Source: an uncultured virus (IMG/VR IMGVR_UViG_3300047471_001174) (lineage: Duplodnaviria; Heunggongvirae; Uroviricota; Caudoviricetes). Taken from it: DNA of 62,532 nt. The notes below the pieces were generated by a model. It did not search any database. It had not been told where the DNA came from and was given only the letters and a program-made list of their open reading frames with translations. Position 1 is the stretch's first letter. Each line of letters opens with the position of its first letter. The translations under genes and the position numbers were made by a program. Positions 45,937 through 55,348 of this stretch are shown in pieces. The stretch is from the IMG/VR virus record IMGVR_UViG_3300047471_001174; one strand, written 5' to 3'.

Positions 45937-46164
45937 TCAATCGTCGTTTTGACAGGGGCACGAAGAACCCGAATCCGACCCGCAATGCAGGCAGTACTCT
46001 TCTTTAATCGCTGAGAGCACCTGTCGAATCAGATTCTCTCGAACGCTGAACTCGACTTTGGCCAGACTGTCCATGATACCCGCGGTGTGCATTTCAATTA
46101 GAGATCGATGCGCAATTTCATGGATCTGCGCATCGATCTCGTCACGGTCAGCATTGTCAATCAA
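45937..46164 (-). CDS. small hypothetical protein
   Basis: C-terminal YCLHCG...CPCQND. Confidence 0.6.
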   Translation of the reverse strand: MIDNADRDEIDAQIHEIAHRSLIEMHTAGIMDSLAKVEFSVRENLIRQVLSAIKEEYCLHCGSDSGSSCPCQNDD

Positions 46165-46351
46165 GATGGTTGTCTCCTCCTGGTGGTATTGCCTTAGCTA
46201 ATGGCCTCTGACAACCGGAACACTTTCCACCCGCGATTGTTCGCAGACCATCACAGTCCATGCAGTAGCCAAAGTCTCCACCGCCGACTATGGCCTGAAT
46301 AGCCGGTATGGCCGCCATTTCATCCGGCGTCAAAGGTCGAACGTTTTTCAT
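46157..46351 (-). CDS. small zinc-finger protein
   Basis: CMDC...CSGC. Confidence 0.55.
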   Translation of the reverse strand: MKNVRPLTPDEMAAIPAIQAIVGGGDFGYCMDCDGLRTIAGGKCSGCQRPLAKAIPPGGDNHLD

Positions 46352-46353
46352 GC

Positions 46354-46761
46354 CTACGACCCGTCCGTTGCCTCGTTGTGCTTATCAAGAACCGGCTTTG
46401 CATTCAGAAGCTGGTCGACCAGATCGGCAACCGTCTGCTGCCTGTCGGTGTTCTCGTCACGCCTGGTCGGAAGAATGTGTTCTTCGTACCAGGCCTTGCC
46501 GACCTTGAAAAGCTCGTCAGCCAACCGTTGAACGTTGTCTTGAGCGACCACATAGTCCAACGCCGAATATCCCAGCGGGTTGTGGCCCTGAAAAATGAAA
46601 CTCAGCGCCTCAGTCTGCGCGTCAGCCTTACAGTACTCCTTCCAGAGCTCTTGTTCACTCAAAAACCCGTGCCAGGCGTTAACCTCGTCTGTTGTCAGCC
46701 AGGCAGCGAAGCCTCCAGCCAGTGTGATCACGCTCTGCTTTTCCGTCCCATTTGTAGACAT
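46354..46761 (-). CDS. hypothetical protein
   Basis: 135 aa; downstream of palindrome copy 5. Confidence 0.7.
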   Translation of the reverse strand: MSTNGTEKQSVITLAGGFAAWLTTDEVNAWHGFLSEQELWKEYCKADAQTEALSFIFQGHNPLGYSALDYVVAQDNVQRLADELFKVGKAWYEEHILPTRRDENTDRQQTVADLVDQLLNAKPVLDKHNEATDGS

Positions 46762-46781
46762 CGTCGCACCGTCCCTTTCTG

Positions 46782-46799
46782 TAACTTGTTAAAAAGGTA
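46782..46799. promoter_or_regulatory. 18-bp palindrome copy 5 (TAACTTG-TTAA-AAAGGTA)
   Basis: Two mismatches to consensus; intergenic, 20 nt from ATG 46761. Confidence 0.55.
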
Positions 46800-46807
46800 A
46801 CCGCCGG

Positions 46808-47218
46808 TCAGATTACAAACCGGCGGACTTGATCATCCTCACACGGCATCCACCCGCGGCGAAGCAGGTAATCTCGCCGCAGCTCTCCGCGAGCCGTCTT
46901 CCCTACCGGATACTGCACTACGTCTTCCAGCACCAGCTCGGACGCCAGCTCACAAGCCAGGTCGTACAACTGTTGACCGAAGCCCATCCCCCACCACTCT
47001 TCCGGCAGGTAAATCCCCAAGAGGTACATCCTCAGCTCGGGCGCGAGCTCCAACGACAAGGCACTCAGCTGATGTCGTACCGCGTGAGGAAACAGCTCCA
47101 AGCGAATAGACTTGCCATGCACAATCACCTGGCTGTGCAGCGTGTACAGGTCGTGCTGCTTGAACACGCTGACAGCAATCCCACGGATGGCCTCGTCTCT
47201 CTCGGTCATCTCAACCAT
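46808..47218 (-). CDS. GNAT-like protein
   Basis: IYLPEEWWGMGFGQQLY...Y.LRRGW. Confidence 0.55.
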   Translation of the reverse strand: MVEMTERDEAIRGIAVSVFKQHDLYTLHSQVIVHGKSIRLELFPHAVRHQLSALSLELAPELRMYLLGIYLPEEWWGMGFGQQLYDLACELASELVLEDVVQYPVGKTARGELRRDYLLRRGWMPCEDDQVRRFVI

Positions 47219-47559
47219 TCCATCCCTTTCGCAATTAGGAGCTTAACGGCAGTTCGGCCATCTTCGAATCCGTCAATCACGTATTCAGACTCGTCCTCGT
47301 CAATTTTCAGACGGCGACCATCAAAACCAGTCATCAAACCCCGCAGGTACTCTGGGTCATACCCGCGCCTCGCCAGCTGGGCGATTGCAATAACAAAACC
47401 CGGGTCATTAAGTATCACCGGCGAACACTCGTCGACGTACAGCAGCCCCAACAGACAGGCTTTGCCCTCGTCCTTTTTTAGTGTCGTTCCCTGCTCCGGA
47501 GTCAGCTGGTGTTTGACGTACAGATCGGGAATCAGACTTGGGTCAATTCGTTTCATCAA
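47206..47559 (-). CDS. hypothetical protein
   Basis: 117 aa; ACLLG...Y..G...GFDG. Confidence 0.65.
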   Translation of the reverse strand: MMKRIDPSLIPDLYVKHQLTPEQGTTLKKDEGKACLLGLLYVDECSPVILNDPGFVIAIAQLARRGYDPEYLRGLMTGFDGRRLKIDEDESEYVIDGFEDGRTAVKLLIAKGMEWLR

Positions 47560-47963
47560 TGTGTTCCCTCCCCTACAGACCGCGGTTTCGATGCCGAAGC
47601 GTCGTCTTCTTCCAGTGGTTTAAGCTCGGCGATCAGTTCGAAGACATGGTTGAATTCGTCTGATGACCAGTAATTGATCTCGTCGGTGCTGCTGCGACGA
47701 GTGATCCACTGCATGGGTGGAAAATGCTTTGGCAGCAGCGTGCCCCGCATGAACGCGTGTAGCTCGACGACATTGTCGCCAGTCCAGTAAAAGACCTCGT
47801 ACGTGTCTCTCTTTCTGGCCAGCATTGTCGGCGGTCGCGTCATGAACTCCAGGAGGGACTTCCACCCGTCGTTGAAGGCGTCTTGGGTGATTCTGCTCTG
47901 GTTGTTCCCCGTCGCGACCTGGAGCGTCTGGCGGGCCCTCTCGTACATCTGGTTGTTTATCAC
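47556..47963 (-). CDS. hypothetical protein
   Basis: 135 aa; RK.....F.WTG.N...F...FE phage-type motif. Confidence 0.6.
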   Translation of the reverse strand: MINNQMYERARQTLQVATGNNQSRITQDAFNDGWKSLLEFMTRPPTMLARKRDTYEVFYWTGDNVVELHAFMRGTLLPKHFPPMQWITRRSSTDEINYWSSDEFNHVFELIAELKPLEEDDASASKPRSVGEGTH

Positions 47964-48270
47964 TCAGTTCTTCCTTTCGCAATAGGACCACGGGCATCTT
48001 CTGAACGTACGGAATGGTGAAAGGATTGACCGTCTCCCAGATGGCTTCGCGGTCTGTCGAAACACAAGCCATCTGGATCCCGTTCTCGACGACCAGGGCC
48101 ACGAATATGCCACGGACCTTGGGATTCTGCCGATGAACGACCCGGTCTCCGGGTTTGAATGGGGAGACCGGGTCATGCCACCAGTGCCACGCGATACCGC
48201 TGTAGATCGCCATGAACGCAAACAACGCTATCAGCAGACAACCCACACGCGCTCGATCGCTACTGGTCAT
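47620..48270 (-). CDS. membrane-anchored hypothetical protein
   Basis: Start MTSSDR after AAGGAG; TM helix then FKPGDRVVH (SH3/KOW-like); long overlapping tail. Confidence 0.55.
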   Translation of the reverse strand: MTSSDRARVGCLLIALFAFMAIYSGIAWHWWHDPVSPFKPGDRVVHRQNPKVRGIFVALVVENGIQMACVSTDREAIWETVNPFTIPYVQKMPVVLLRKEELSDKQPDVREGPPDAPGRDGEQPEQNHPRRLQRRVEVPPGVHDATADNAGQKERHVRGLLLDWRQCRRATRVHAGHAAAKAFSTHAVDHSSQQHRRDQLLVIRRIQPCLRTDRRA

Positions 48271-48287
48271 ATCCCTCTCCTTCGGTA

Positions 48288-48734
48288 TTAAAGGTTCGCC
48301 GCTCGAAGATCGCTCAGCAACAGAGTCATGTCGTGGAGCCACATGTCGCGGTCGTCGTGGTAGTCCACAACCACTCGGTCCATCGGCTCGGCCGGCTCTG
48401 CTCGATCCATCTCCTCTTGCGCCAGGCTCACGCTGCCCGCCCGCAGGTAATCGATTGCGTAAACCCACCGGCGAGCCTCTTGCCGCACATCAAGCGACTC
48501 GCCGCTGACCAAATCTCTCAGGTTTAGCAGTCCCAACGAATGTCGTAACACAGTTCCAGCCAGACAAGCCTGGCATTTATCCCCAGGCCTTTCACCGGTC
48601 CACAAGAAAACGGACATATTCACGACACAGCCTGACGTATTCTCGTGCTTCTTCAGATCGGTCAGAGCCAAGTCAAGCAGCTCGTGCAGCTTCCACGTGT
48701 TCAGTTCCTGCCAGGTCAGTTTGGTCTCGGGCAT
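48288..48734 (-). CDS. hypothetical protein, paralog family A
   Basis: KLHELLDLALTD...GCVVNM...CQACLAGTV. Confidence 0.75.
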   Translation of the reverse strand: MPETKLTWQELNTWKLHELLDLALTDLKKHENTSGCVVNMSVFLWTGERPGDKCQACLAGTVLRHSLGLLNLRDLVSGESLDVRQEARRWVYAIDYLRAGSVSLAQEEMDRAEPAEPMDRVVVDYHDDRDMWLHDMTLLLSDLRAANL

Positions 48735-48747
48735 TGTCGGCTCCTTT

Positions 48748-49236
48748 TTAGATGTTGGCGGCTTTGAGTTCAGCGTGAAGCTTTTCCATGGCCTTGAACC
48801 ACTTAGCCGGACTTTTGGAGTACACGGGTGTCTTGCGATTCTTCACGGGCAGACGCTTACCGCTATCGCGTCCCAGCGCAGTCAGTGCCTTGTCAACTTG
48901 CCCGCATCGCAAATGGTCCAAAACTGTCGTCCATTCACAGGCTGCGCGGCGGTCGTCTTCGGGTAGCGTAGACGTCATAATCTCGATGTCTTCATGACGT
49001 GACATACCAAACGTCTGCTTCATCACAGACCCGGCCATACAAGCAAAACACGTGGCCAGCGCCTCCGGCTCTTCGTCGTCAAGGGCACGCGGTTGCAACG
49101 TCTCCAGCCATGTGCCCATGTACACAACACAGCCTGGGGTCTTCGCGTGCTTCTTGACATCACGCAGGCCGATCTCCAACAGTTTGTGCAGGGACAGGTC
49201 GGCCATCATCTGGTGTGTGAGCTTTCTCGTCGCCAT
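48748..49236 (-). CDS. hypothetical protein, paralog family A
   Basis: Start MATRKL; LHKLLEIGLRD...GCVVYMGTW...CFACMAGSV. Confidence 0.75.
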   Translation of the reverse strand: MATRKLTHQMMADLSLHKLLEIGLRDVKKHAKTPGCVVYMGTWLETLQPRALDDEEPEALATCFACMAGSVMKQTFGMSRHEDIEIMTSTLPEDDRRAACEWTTVLDHLRCGQVDKALTALGRDSGKRLPVKNRKTPVYSKSPAKWFKAMEKLHAELKAANI

Positions 49237-49519
49237 TCTTCTCTCCTGGGTTGAGTGGACATTTCGTTCGATCACGGACGCACAGCTGACAATCACCAGC
49301 CCCATCCGTGTCATGAAGACAGACCGCATCCTTAGGGCTCATCTCAGCCCCCGTCTCGAGCACGAACATCTTAGCCACCTTTGGATCAGTGATGTTCGTG
49401 TCGACTCCCGTGCCTTCCTTGACCGCGGTTATCAATACAAATTGAGACCTGGCGGGCAGCAAGGCGATGATCCTCGCCAATGTCATCGGTGATAAAATTC
49501 GCATCCGTGAGTCCTTCAA
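49160..49519 (-). CDS. hypothetical protein
   Basis: Contains CLHDTDGAGDCQLC; start may be 49504. Confidence 0.55.
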   Translation of the reverse strand: MKDSRMRILSPMTLARIIALLPARSQFVLITAVKEGTGVDTNITDPKVAKMFVLETGAEMSPKDAVCLHDTDGAGDCQLCVRDRTKCPLNPGEKNGDEKAHTPDDGRPVPAQTVGDRPA

Positions 49520-49743
49520 ATAAACTGGCCCGTCTCCACCCAGTGATCGAGACGGGCTCGCATTCTAGAAACTGTGTGCCCGAGCAATTCGGCCCGGGCA
49601 CACATGGCGTCAAAACTGTTCTCAGCTTCGCGGCAATACAGCTTCCTGCCGTCATCGAGCGAAATGACGCCCCAACCGGGCATCCGACGTCCGTTTCGGT
49701 AAGCACAGCCCACAGACTTCAGACTGACGACGTCGGCCATCAC
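49516..49743 (-). CDS. small hypothetical protein
   Basis: 75 aa overlapping both neighbours. Confidence 0.55.
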   Translation of the reverse strand: MMADVVSLKSVGCAYRNGRRMPGWGVISLDDGRKLYCREAENSFDAMCARAELLGHTVSRMRARLDHWVETGQFI

Positions 49744-50054
49744 TTCGTCCCGTTTTTGGCGTGCAGATCCTTGACCTCAGCAGTCCAAATCCGTTCTTGT
49801 GTCACTCTCGTAGCGTGGATCTCTTCCTTCAGTCGGGCCACCAGCCAGGTCTGCAGCTCCGCGATTATCGTTTTCGGGAGCACCAGAGAATCCCACATCA
49901 TCTCATTTCCCTCATGGAAGATGCGGACGCCCAATCTCTTGGACGGAACTTTCTCGCAATCATCTCGCGTTTTGACCAGCGCGTCGTGCACAACCTGCAG
50001 TTCATCCCAGTGGTCAGTGGCCTTACGGTTCGCGTCACGGTTGATTTTAAGCAT
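49740..50054 (-). CDS. hypothetical protein
   Basis: Start MLKINR after AAGGA. Confidence 0.6.
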   Translation of the reverse strand: MLKINRDANRKATDHWDELQVVHDALVKTRDDCEKVPSKRLGVRIFHEGNEMMWDSLVLPKTIIAELQTWLVARLKEEIHATRVTQERIWTAEVKDLHAKNGTK

Positions 50055-50340
50055 CGCGGTGCTTCCTTTTCTTTCTCGGTTTGATTGGTACAAGTTCGCC
50101 ACGCACAAACTTGTTTTCCCGGCTCACTTCCTGGTACCGTCCCCAGTCGAATCGCTCGTCTGTTGGATGGGCCCGCTCGATCATGTCGCTGTACTCGGCT
50201 TTTGTGCCAGACAGGCGACGACTGGCCTCAGCGATGAAAAACACAGCCAGACAATGATTGAATCCATTCTGCTCAGCTGCCTCGATCTCAGACAGTGCTG
50301 CTCTCAGCTGGGCCGCATCGATTGTCATGTACAAGCTCAT
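50047..50340 (-). CDS. hypothetical protein
   Basis: AAGGAG RBS; 97 aa. Confidence 0.65.
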   Translation of the reverse strand: MSLYMTIDAAQLRAALSEIEAAEQNGFNHCLAVFFIAEASRRLSGTKAEYSDMIERAHPTDERFDWGRYQEVSRENKFVRGELVPIKPRKKRKHRDA

Positions 50341-50350
50341 TTGAATCTCC

Positions 50351-50722
50351 TTAGATGCTTGCGAAGAAATTCACAGCCCGCTGCAGCAAGGCCAGCGTCG
50401 TCAGACGACATGAAACATGGGCAGGCATGCCAGTCACCAGATGCCAGCGGTAGAACCGCTTGTAATAGCTGCTGATTGTCGTTCGCTCAGCCTCGGTGAA
50501 CTCTTTGAGCCAAGCCCGTTTGACGCGTCCTGATTTTTTCTTGTCCCAGCCCTCGACCAGGACAGGATAAGCAACAGCCTGTTTGAACATGTCGCCCGTG
50601 AACACCGGTTGCAGCTGCATCCTTCTGTTCGCCGGCGGATCCAGCATGGCGAACTCCTCGGGCGATTCGGGCCAGATGGACATCTGCCGTGTGTTCTCCA
50701 GCAACGGCTCGTTCCAATTCAT
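50351..50722 (-). CDS. hypothetical protein
   Basis: 123 aa; ATGA overlap. Confidence 0.65.
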   Translation of the reverse strand: MNWNEPLLENTRQMSIWPESPEEFAMLDPPANRRMQLQPVFTGDMFKQAVAYPVLVEGWDKKKSGRVKRAWLKEFTEAERTTISSYYKRFYRWHLVTGMPAHVSCRLTTLALLQRAVNFFASI

Positions 50723-51057
50723 GTTTTGTTCCTTTTCAATTTCATTTTAGCCTCGTCCCAGCGATTGATCGCCCGGTCAATAAGCGAACACACCTGCCTG
50801 CCAGTGAGATCCATTGATTCGGCCATGCGTGACATGATCGGCGCGGCAAAAGCACCAGCCTCTGACGCCTCGCTGATCAATCTCGAGAATTGGACGAAGT
50901 CGACGCTCCATAGAGGACACCAATAGCCCTCGGGCGGCAGGCGAATCTTCTTGACATCCTCTGTAGTGAATCGTGTTGCCTCGTCCGGACCGGCCCATTT
51001 CTCCTTTTCCTGGTTCCACCATTTAGTGTCGAATAAGCGGTTACCGATCAGGTACAT
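50719..51057 (-). CDS. hypothetical protein
   Basis: Start MYLIGN after GGGAG. Confidence 0.6.
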   Translation of the reverse strand: MYLIGNRLFDTKWWNQEKEKWAGPDEATRFTTEDVKKIRLPPEGYWCPLWSVDFVQFSRLISEASEAGAFAAPIMSRMAESMDLTGRQVCSLIDRAINRWDEAKMKLKRNKT

Positions 51058-51067
51058 CTCATTCTCC

Positions 51068-51481
51068 CTATGAAGCTTGGTCTTTGGTGACCCACCAGAT
51101 GTGTGTGGCGTCATTCGGAATGTCCCGTACACCCGACGGATAGATGATCTGCTGACTGTGTTTGCCAGCTCTGACCGGATAGCCGCGGCCATCACAGTCC
51201 GTTAGAACCAGATTGTCGGCCATTGAGATAAATGTGCCGACGTCAATCAGCTGGCCCTGGCCGAACTCAATCTCCTGGTCGTACTGCACGAGGGCTGGTG
51301 CGTCGTCGACTACGGCTCGCAAAATTGTGAAGACCAGCTCCATCGGCAGATCCGACTCGATTGACACTTCACCGTCGGGCCTCACTACCACAAAAATAAA
51401 CTCGGTTCCTTCCATCTGCTGCGCCTTGAGGTGCCGCACAAGAGGATCGAGTAACACACGCTGCGGAATCCCTGAATTCAC
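51068..51481 (-). CDS. hypothetical protein sharing a C-terminal domain with its neighbour
   Basis: D.DG.GYP.R.G......I.PS.....P.DATHI.W. Confidence 0.65.
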   Translation of the reverse strand: MNSGIPQRVLLDPLVRHLKAQQMEGTEFIFVVVRPDGEVSIESDLPMELVFTILRAVVDDAPALVQYDQEIEFGQGQLIDVGTFISMADNLVLTDCDGRGYPVRAGKHSQQIIYPSGVRDIPNDATHIWWVTKDQAS

Positions 51482-51490
51482 TTCGTCTCC

Positions 51491-51964
51491 CTACTTGTTG
51501 TACCATTGAATGTGTGTCGCGTCGGGGGGCACCAACGCTGCACGGGACGGCTTGATGCAGAAGCTGGACATGTTGCCGTCCCGCATCGGATAACCGCTCC
51601 CGTCATAATCAATAAAACCCCCAGTGTTCACAGCCTCGAGCCACTCAGACAGCGGCATAATGTCGCCATAAGGCGCCGGCTTCATGTTGTACTCGACCGG
51701 ATGCGGGTCACAGGCATTGTACAAGGCGATCCATCGCTCCCTTGTGCTGGCGGTGATCAGCCTGATGCGCAACAGATTCTCATCGACCCCGTTAAAAGAT
51801 CGATTCCTGACCGGCTGGCCGTTCTTCTCGTCAGCCAACTGCAATTCGTCCATGATCATTTCTTCAAGCGTCAATGCCCAGCGTTTCTCGAATTCGATGC
51901 CTCTAGCCTCGATGTTCGGCATGACGTTAAACTGCCAGAAATCCACACTCCCCAGCAAGATCAA
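51491..51964 (-). CDS. hypothetical protein sharing a C-terminal domain with its neighbour
   Basis: FIDYDGSGYP...PS...PPDATHIQWYNK. Confidence 0.65.
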   Translation of the reverse strand: MILLGSVDFWQFNVMPNIEARGIEFEKRWALTLEEMIMDELQLADEKNGQPVRNRSFNGVDENLLRIRLITASTRERWIALYNACDPHPVEYNMKPAPYGDIMPLSEWLEAVNTGGFIDYDGSGYPMRDGNMSSFCIKPSRAALVPPDATHIQWYNK

Positions 51965-52249
51965 CGAGGCCCCAGAGCTACGACATCGCCAGCATGACAG
52001 GCCCGGCCGTCACAAAACTCGAACAGGAATTTCTCTAGTGTCTCGTCTGTTGGGTATTTCATAACCAGCCTATCCAGATAAAGAGGGCAAACCAGATCAT
52101 TGTGAACATGGCAACCAACGCCAGCCAGAGCACCGTCATAAGACAACCATCCAACAGGCCGCCAACAAATCCTCTGCTGGCGGCCTGTCTCTCTTCGGGT
52201 GTAAATACCACGACAGTCCTTTACTTGAGAACCAGATCTTTCACCGGGC

Positions 52250-52450
52250 CTACTTACTATCGACTGGTTTTATCCATTCGAACTTTGTCACCCCGGTCTT
52301 CGAATCGACAGACCACTGAGCGACGCCGGCCTTGATAGCGTCACCTCGGACAGTTGATGCGCCTGAATATGAGCCAAGCACAGAGCCAAGCACAAATGTT
52401 CCGGTCGAAATCAGAACAGCCACGATGTAGACTACATCACCTTTGTTCAC
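52250..52450 (-). CDS. small membrane protein (paralog of 39979..40176)
   Basis: TM helix followed by STVRGDAIKAGVAQWSVDSKTGVTKFEWIK. Confidence 0.65.
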   Translation of the reverse strand: MNKGDVVYIVAVLISTGTFVLGSVLGSYSGASTVRGDAIKAGVAQWSVDSKTGVTKFEWIKPVDSK

Positions 52451-52830
52451 TTTACACCGCCTTCCAGTGCGTCCGGTAATTTACCATCCAACGCTCTCCA
52501 CAGAGCGAGACATCGGCTGCGGGCGTCAGCGTTGGCATACTTCCAATCACAGCCACCTACATTTCCGATAAGTTCGACGAGTTCGGCCCACCAATCGACT
52601 TCGTACCGATCGTCATGAATCTTCGGCCACACGTCCCTGTGCCAAGCGTCGAGGCTGTTGAGGTAGTCGGGGACCGGATAATCCCTGGAGTCATTTTCAA
52701 GCTGATGTGTAACAGTACCATCTTTTTCTATCAGCACATATTTTAGCCCCGCGAACCTCGCCACAAACTCCAGCAACTCCGCGTCTGTGGGTTTCAGTTG
52801 TTGGCCGCGTGTCGTCTTAGATTCAGGCAT
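52447..52830 (-). CDS. hypothetical phage protein
   Basis: Start MPESK; VPDYLNSLDA...A.AR.RC.AL. Confidence 0.65.
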   Translation of the reverse strand: MPESKTTRGQQLKPTDAELLEFVARFAGLKYVLIEKDGTVTHQLENDSRDYPVPDYLNSLDAWHRDVWPKIHDDRYEVDWWAELVELIGNVGGCDWKYANADARSRCLALWRALDGKLPDALEGGVK

Positions 52831-53041
52831 CCTGACTCCTTTCATATCGTCTACGGTCCACTGCCTCAGTGTAGTCGCGCGCCCTCTCGAGCAGCGCATC
52901 ACGAAACTGGCGATCAGCCAGTTGCCCTTCCAGAATCAACAAGCAGAACTGACAGTAACGCAGCGGCCGGCCAAACAACTTCTTATTTGGAACAACCGGC
53001 TCACGACACCGAGGCGTGTCACATCGTTCGGTCTGTTCCAT
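52823..53041 (-). CDS. small zinc-finger protein
   Basis: CDTPRC...YCQFC. Confidence 0.55.
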   Translation of the reverse strand: MEQTERCDTPRCREPVVPNKKLFGRPLRYCQFCLLILEGQLADRQFRDALLERARDYTEAVDRRRYERSQDA

Positions 53042-53044
53042 GGG

Positions 53045-53323
53045 TTAGCTCCCTTCCGCAAGCAACAGACCATTTGGAATTGTGGCCATAAGGAACTGAC
53101 CGTCTTTCCCCAATTGCTTAGTCAGGGCTGCCAGCTTGCTGCGGGCGACAGGCTTGAAGATCTCGGCGCCGAGCAGTCTGTCATTCTTGTCGAAATCCAG
53201 ATTGCAGCCCCACGACCGCCACTCCGTTGATGAATGGTCACCCGACCGGAACTGGATGCGAAGCGACTTCACCTGGCCGGTTGTCCGGTCGACGTCAATC
53301 TCGGCCTTGTAATTGGTTCTCAT
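53045..53323 (-). CDS. DUF2283-like protein
   Basis: SLRIQF...NLDFDKNDRLLGAEIF. Confidence 0.65.
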   Translation of the reverse strand: MRTNYKAEIDVDRTTGQVKSLRIQFRSGDHSSTEWRSWGCNLDFDKNDRLLGAEIFKPVARSKLAALTKQLGKDGQFLMATIPNGLLLAEGS

Positions 53324-53676
53324 TCTGGCTGTCTCGACTGGGGGATTTGCATGAGGGCCTCAACCAGGTGCATCCGGGCCTGTACGCACTGAAGCTTGAC
53401 GTACAGGTCATCACGCTCATCCCTGAGCTTGTTCAGCAGGGCCACACGTGCCGCGTGCTGCGACGCGTGGAGATACCTGGACTCGACGTGCTTTCGGCCA
53501 CCAAACGCCTCGGAACCAGCCAGCAAGCGTGTCTGTCTGACTGTCCGGTACGCGACAATGAGCTCAGACTCGTGAAGCTCGCCCCGGTTGTCAAACCAGG
53601 CGATGAACGCTGGCGGCTGCTGCGTCTTGCGTTCGCCGAAGCCCTTGTAATTCGCCGGTTTCTTTTTATTAGCCAT
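53320..53676 (-). CDS. hypothetical protein
   Basis: Start MANKKK. Confidence 0.6.
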   Translation of the reverse strand: MANKKKPANYKGFGERKTQQPPAFIAWFDNRGELHESELIVAYRTVRQTRLLAGSEAFGGRKHVESRYLHASQHAARVALLNKLRDERDDLYVKLQCVQARMHLVEALMQIPQSRQPE

Positions 53677-53692
53677 CGGATGTCCTATCGAG

Positions 53693-53747
53693 AAAAACAA
53701 AACACCCGGCAGCCTAACCACCATATCAGGTGATCGTGGCTGCCGGG
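53693..53747 (-). terminator. intrinsic terminator
   Basis: CCCGGCAGCC/GGCTGCCGGG stem followed by a T-rich run. Confidence 0.6.
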
Positions 53748-53790
53748 CGCCTCAACTCATTGAAACGTCACTTCACGAAGATCTCACGTG

Positions 53791-54330
53791 TTACCAGTTA
53801 TTGAAGATGTCCCACGCGGCGGCAACAGCCGAATGCCCGTTGGAGATGTACGTGAGGGCTTTATAACAACAGTCATTGGAGCCGTCGCTGTACGCCTCGG
53901 CCGCTTTTTCATAGTACATCTGGCTGTCGGGGTTCATCTCCATTTCGGGATGCCCCTGAGCTATCTCGCAATACCTGTTTCCACGTCTTTGATGGCACAG
54001 AGCGCCGACTGCCGTGTTATGAATCCACATGGCGGCGGCATTATCATTGCTGACGGCGACCAGGTAGTAGTCGCGGATCTCTTGTCGTTTGTCGGCCGGT
54101 TTCGAGTTGTAGACCCCCTTGTTGATGTCCTTGACGAGGTCCCGCAGTGAGAAACTCCCGCCTTTGATCGCCGCGTTCAGGCACGAGCTCAGACTGTCAG
54201 CGGACTCCATGTCCTCAATCAATTGCTTTTCATTGTCTCTCGCAGCATCGGCGGAGTGCTCGTCGGCCCTCACGTCCTGCAGCACGAACAACAGCGTCAA
54301 CGAACACACGAAATTCAAAAGCCGTTTCAT
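53791..54330 (-). CDS. secreted hypothetical protein
   Basis: Signal peptide MKRLLNFVCSLTLLFVLQDVRA; AGGAG RBS. Confidence 0.7.
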   Translation of the reverse strand: MKRLLNFVCSLTLLFVLQDVRADEHSADAARDNEKQLIEDMESADSLSSCLNAAIKGGSFSLRDLVKDINKGVYNSKPADKRQEIRDYYLVAVSNDNAAAMWIHNTAVGALCHQRRGNRYCEIAQGHPEMEMNPDSQMYYEKAAEAYSDGSNDCCYKALTYISNGHSAVAAAWDIFNNW

Positions 54331-54392
54331 AAAACACTCCTGGGTTAAAGAGTAGAAAACAAACACCGAACAGACTCACTCAAGTTGCTTGA

Positions 54393-54770
54393 TTACGGCA
54401 CCCCTCTCGAGAAACAGGGAAGGTCTTGGAAATTGTCCACGCCGGTCGGTTCCTCGGAGTCGTAGTATCTGCCCTCGTACGCGACAAAGCAATGGTAGCC
54501 GTACAACTCGATGTCCAGCTCATCGGCCGACTCGTCGCACAGCTCATCACCCCAGTGCGACTCAGCCCCGTCAATCAACTCACACACAGCCCAAGCGAAG
54601 TCATCACACAGTCCCGAGTTGATCCCCATCCGGCTGACACAGTAGATGTCCTCGTATAGGACAACCAGCGCCTCAATCGCCTCTTCGATCGTCAGATCAA
54701 GCTGTCTCAGACGATTGAGCTCTGCGTCAGTTGCCTCAGCCTCGGTCTCACGCTTAGTTTTAGACGCCAT
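54393..54770 (-). CDS. hypothetical phage protein
   Basis: INSGLCDDFA...H..V.YEGRYYDSE.P.GV. Confidence 0.65.
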   Translation of the reverse strand: MASKTKRETEAEATDAELNRLRQLDLTIEEAIEALVVLYEDIYCVSRMGINSGLCDDFAWAVCELIDGAESHWGDELCDESADELDIELYGYHCFVAYEGRYYDSEEPTGVDNFQDLPCFSRGVP

Positions 54771-55122
54771 CAGCCCGATCGGGATCGTTTGGCTTGATGC
54801 CGTCTGGTCCGAGTGTTCCGTCTTTGACAATAGTAATGGGTCCATCCGGGGTTTGCTCCTGAGATACGAGTGTGCAGGGAATGGGCTCTCCAGACTCGAG
54901 CTGTTCGGCGAAACGTTTCAGCCGATCAATAGTGACGTCGCTGGGGGACTTTGGCAGGTAGTCCAGCAAGTCGGCTATCTTCAAAGTGACTGTTGCCTGC
55001 ATAGCCTCAGACAGAGCCTCGGTGGCTGTGCAGTTAGACAGGATCGAGCCGATGTACTTGCTAATCCGCGCAGAGTCATCCGGGTCATCCGGCTCGACAT
55101 TCATCTCGATTAGAAATTTCAT
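54760..55122 (-). CDS. hypothetical protein
   Basis: 120-aa ORF in the gene run. Confidence 0.6.
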   Translation of the reverse strand: MKFLIEMNVEPDDPDDSARISKYIGSILSNCTATEALSEAMQATVTLKIADLLDYLPKSPSDVTIDRLKRFAEQLESGEPIPCTLVSQEQTPDGPITIVKDGTLGPDGIKPNDPDRADGV

Positions 55123-55348
55123 CTATCGGCTCCAGTTCTAAACCAAATGGCAGACGATCTCTGACGCAACGGCTCACGTACATGCCGTCGAATCTATACT
55201 CCCGACGGCCGATGCTCAATTTCGATCCGCCAACGACAATATCCGTATTCGGATAAAGCTCTCGAAGAGCTTTGGCCAACGGACATCCCCAGCAATCGAG
55301 GTAATTGAGTGGCGGATCGAAATGTCGTTCTTCAACACGAATTGTCAT
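55085..55348 (-). CDS. hypothetical protein (tandem paralog of 55332..55679)
   Basis: C..CPLAKALR..YP..DI.VGG...YRFDG. Confidence 0.65.
   Translation of the reverse strand: MTIRVEERHFDPPLNYLDCWGCPLAKALRELYPNTDIVVGGSKLSIGRREYRFDGMYVSRCVRDRLPFGLELEPIDEISNRDECRAG

Noticed and set aside
49480..50475. 331-aa plus-strand ORF
   Set aside because: Spans several coupled minus-strand genes that have ribosome-binding sites; Ser-rich shadow.
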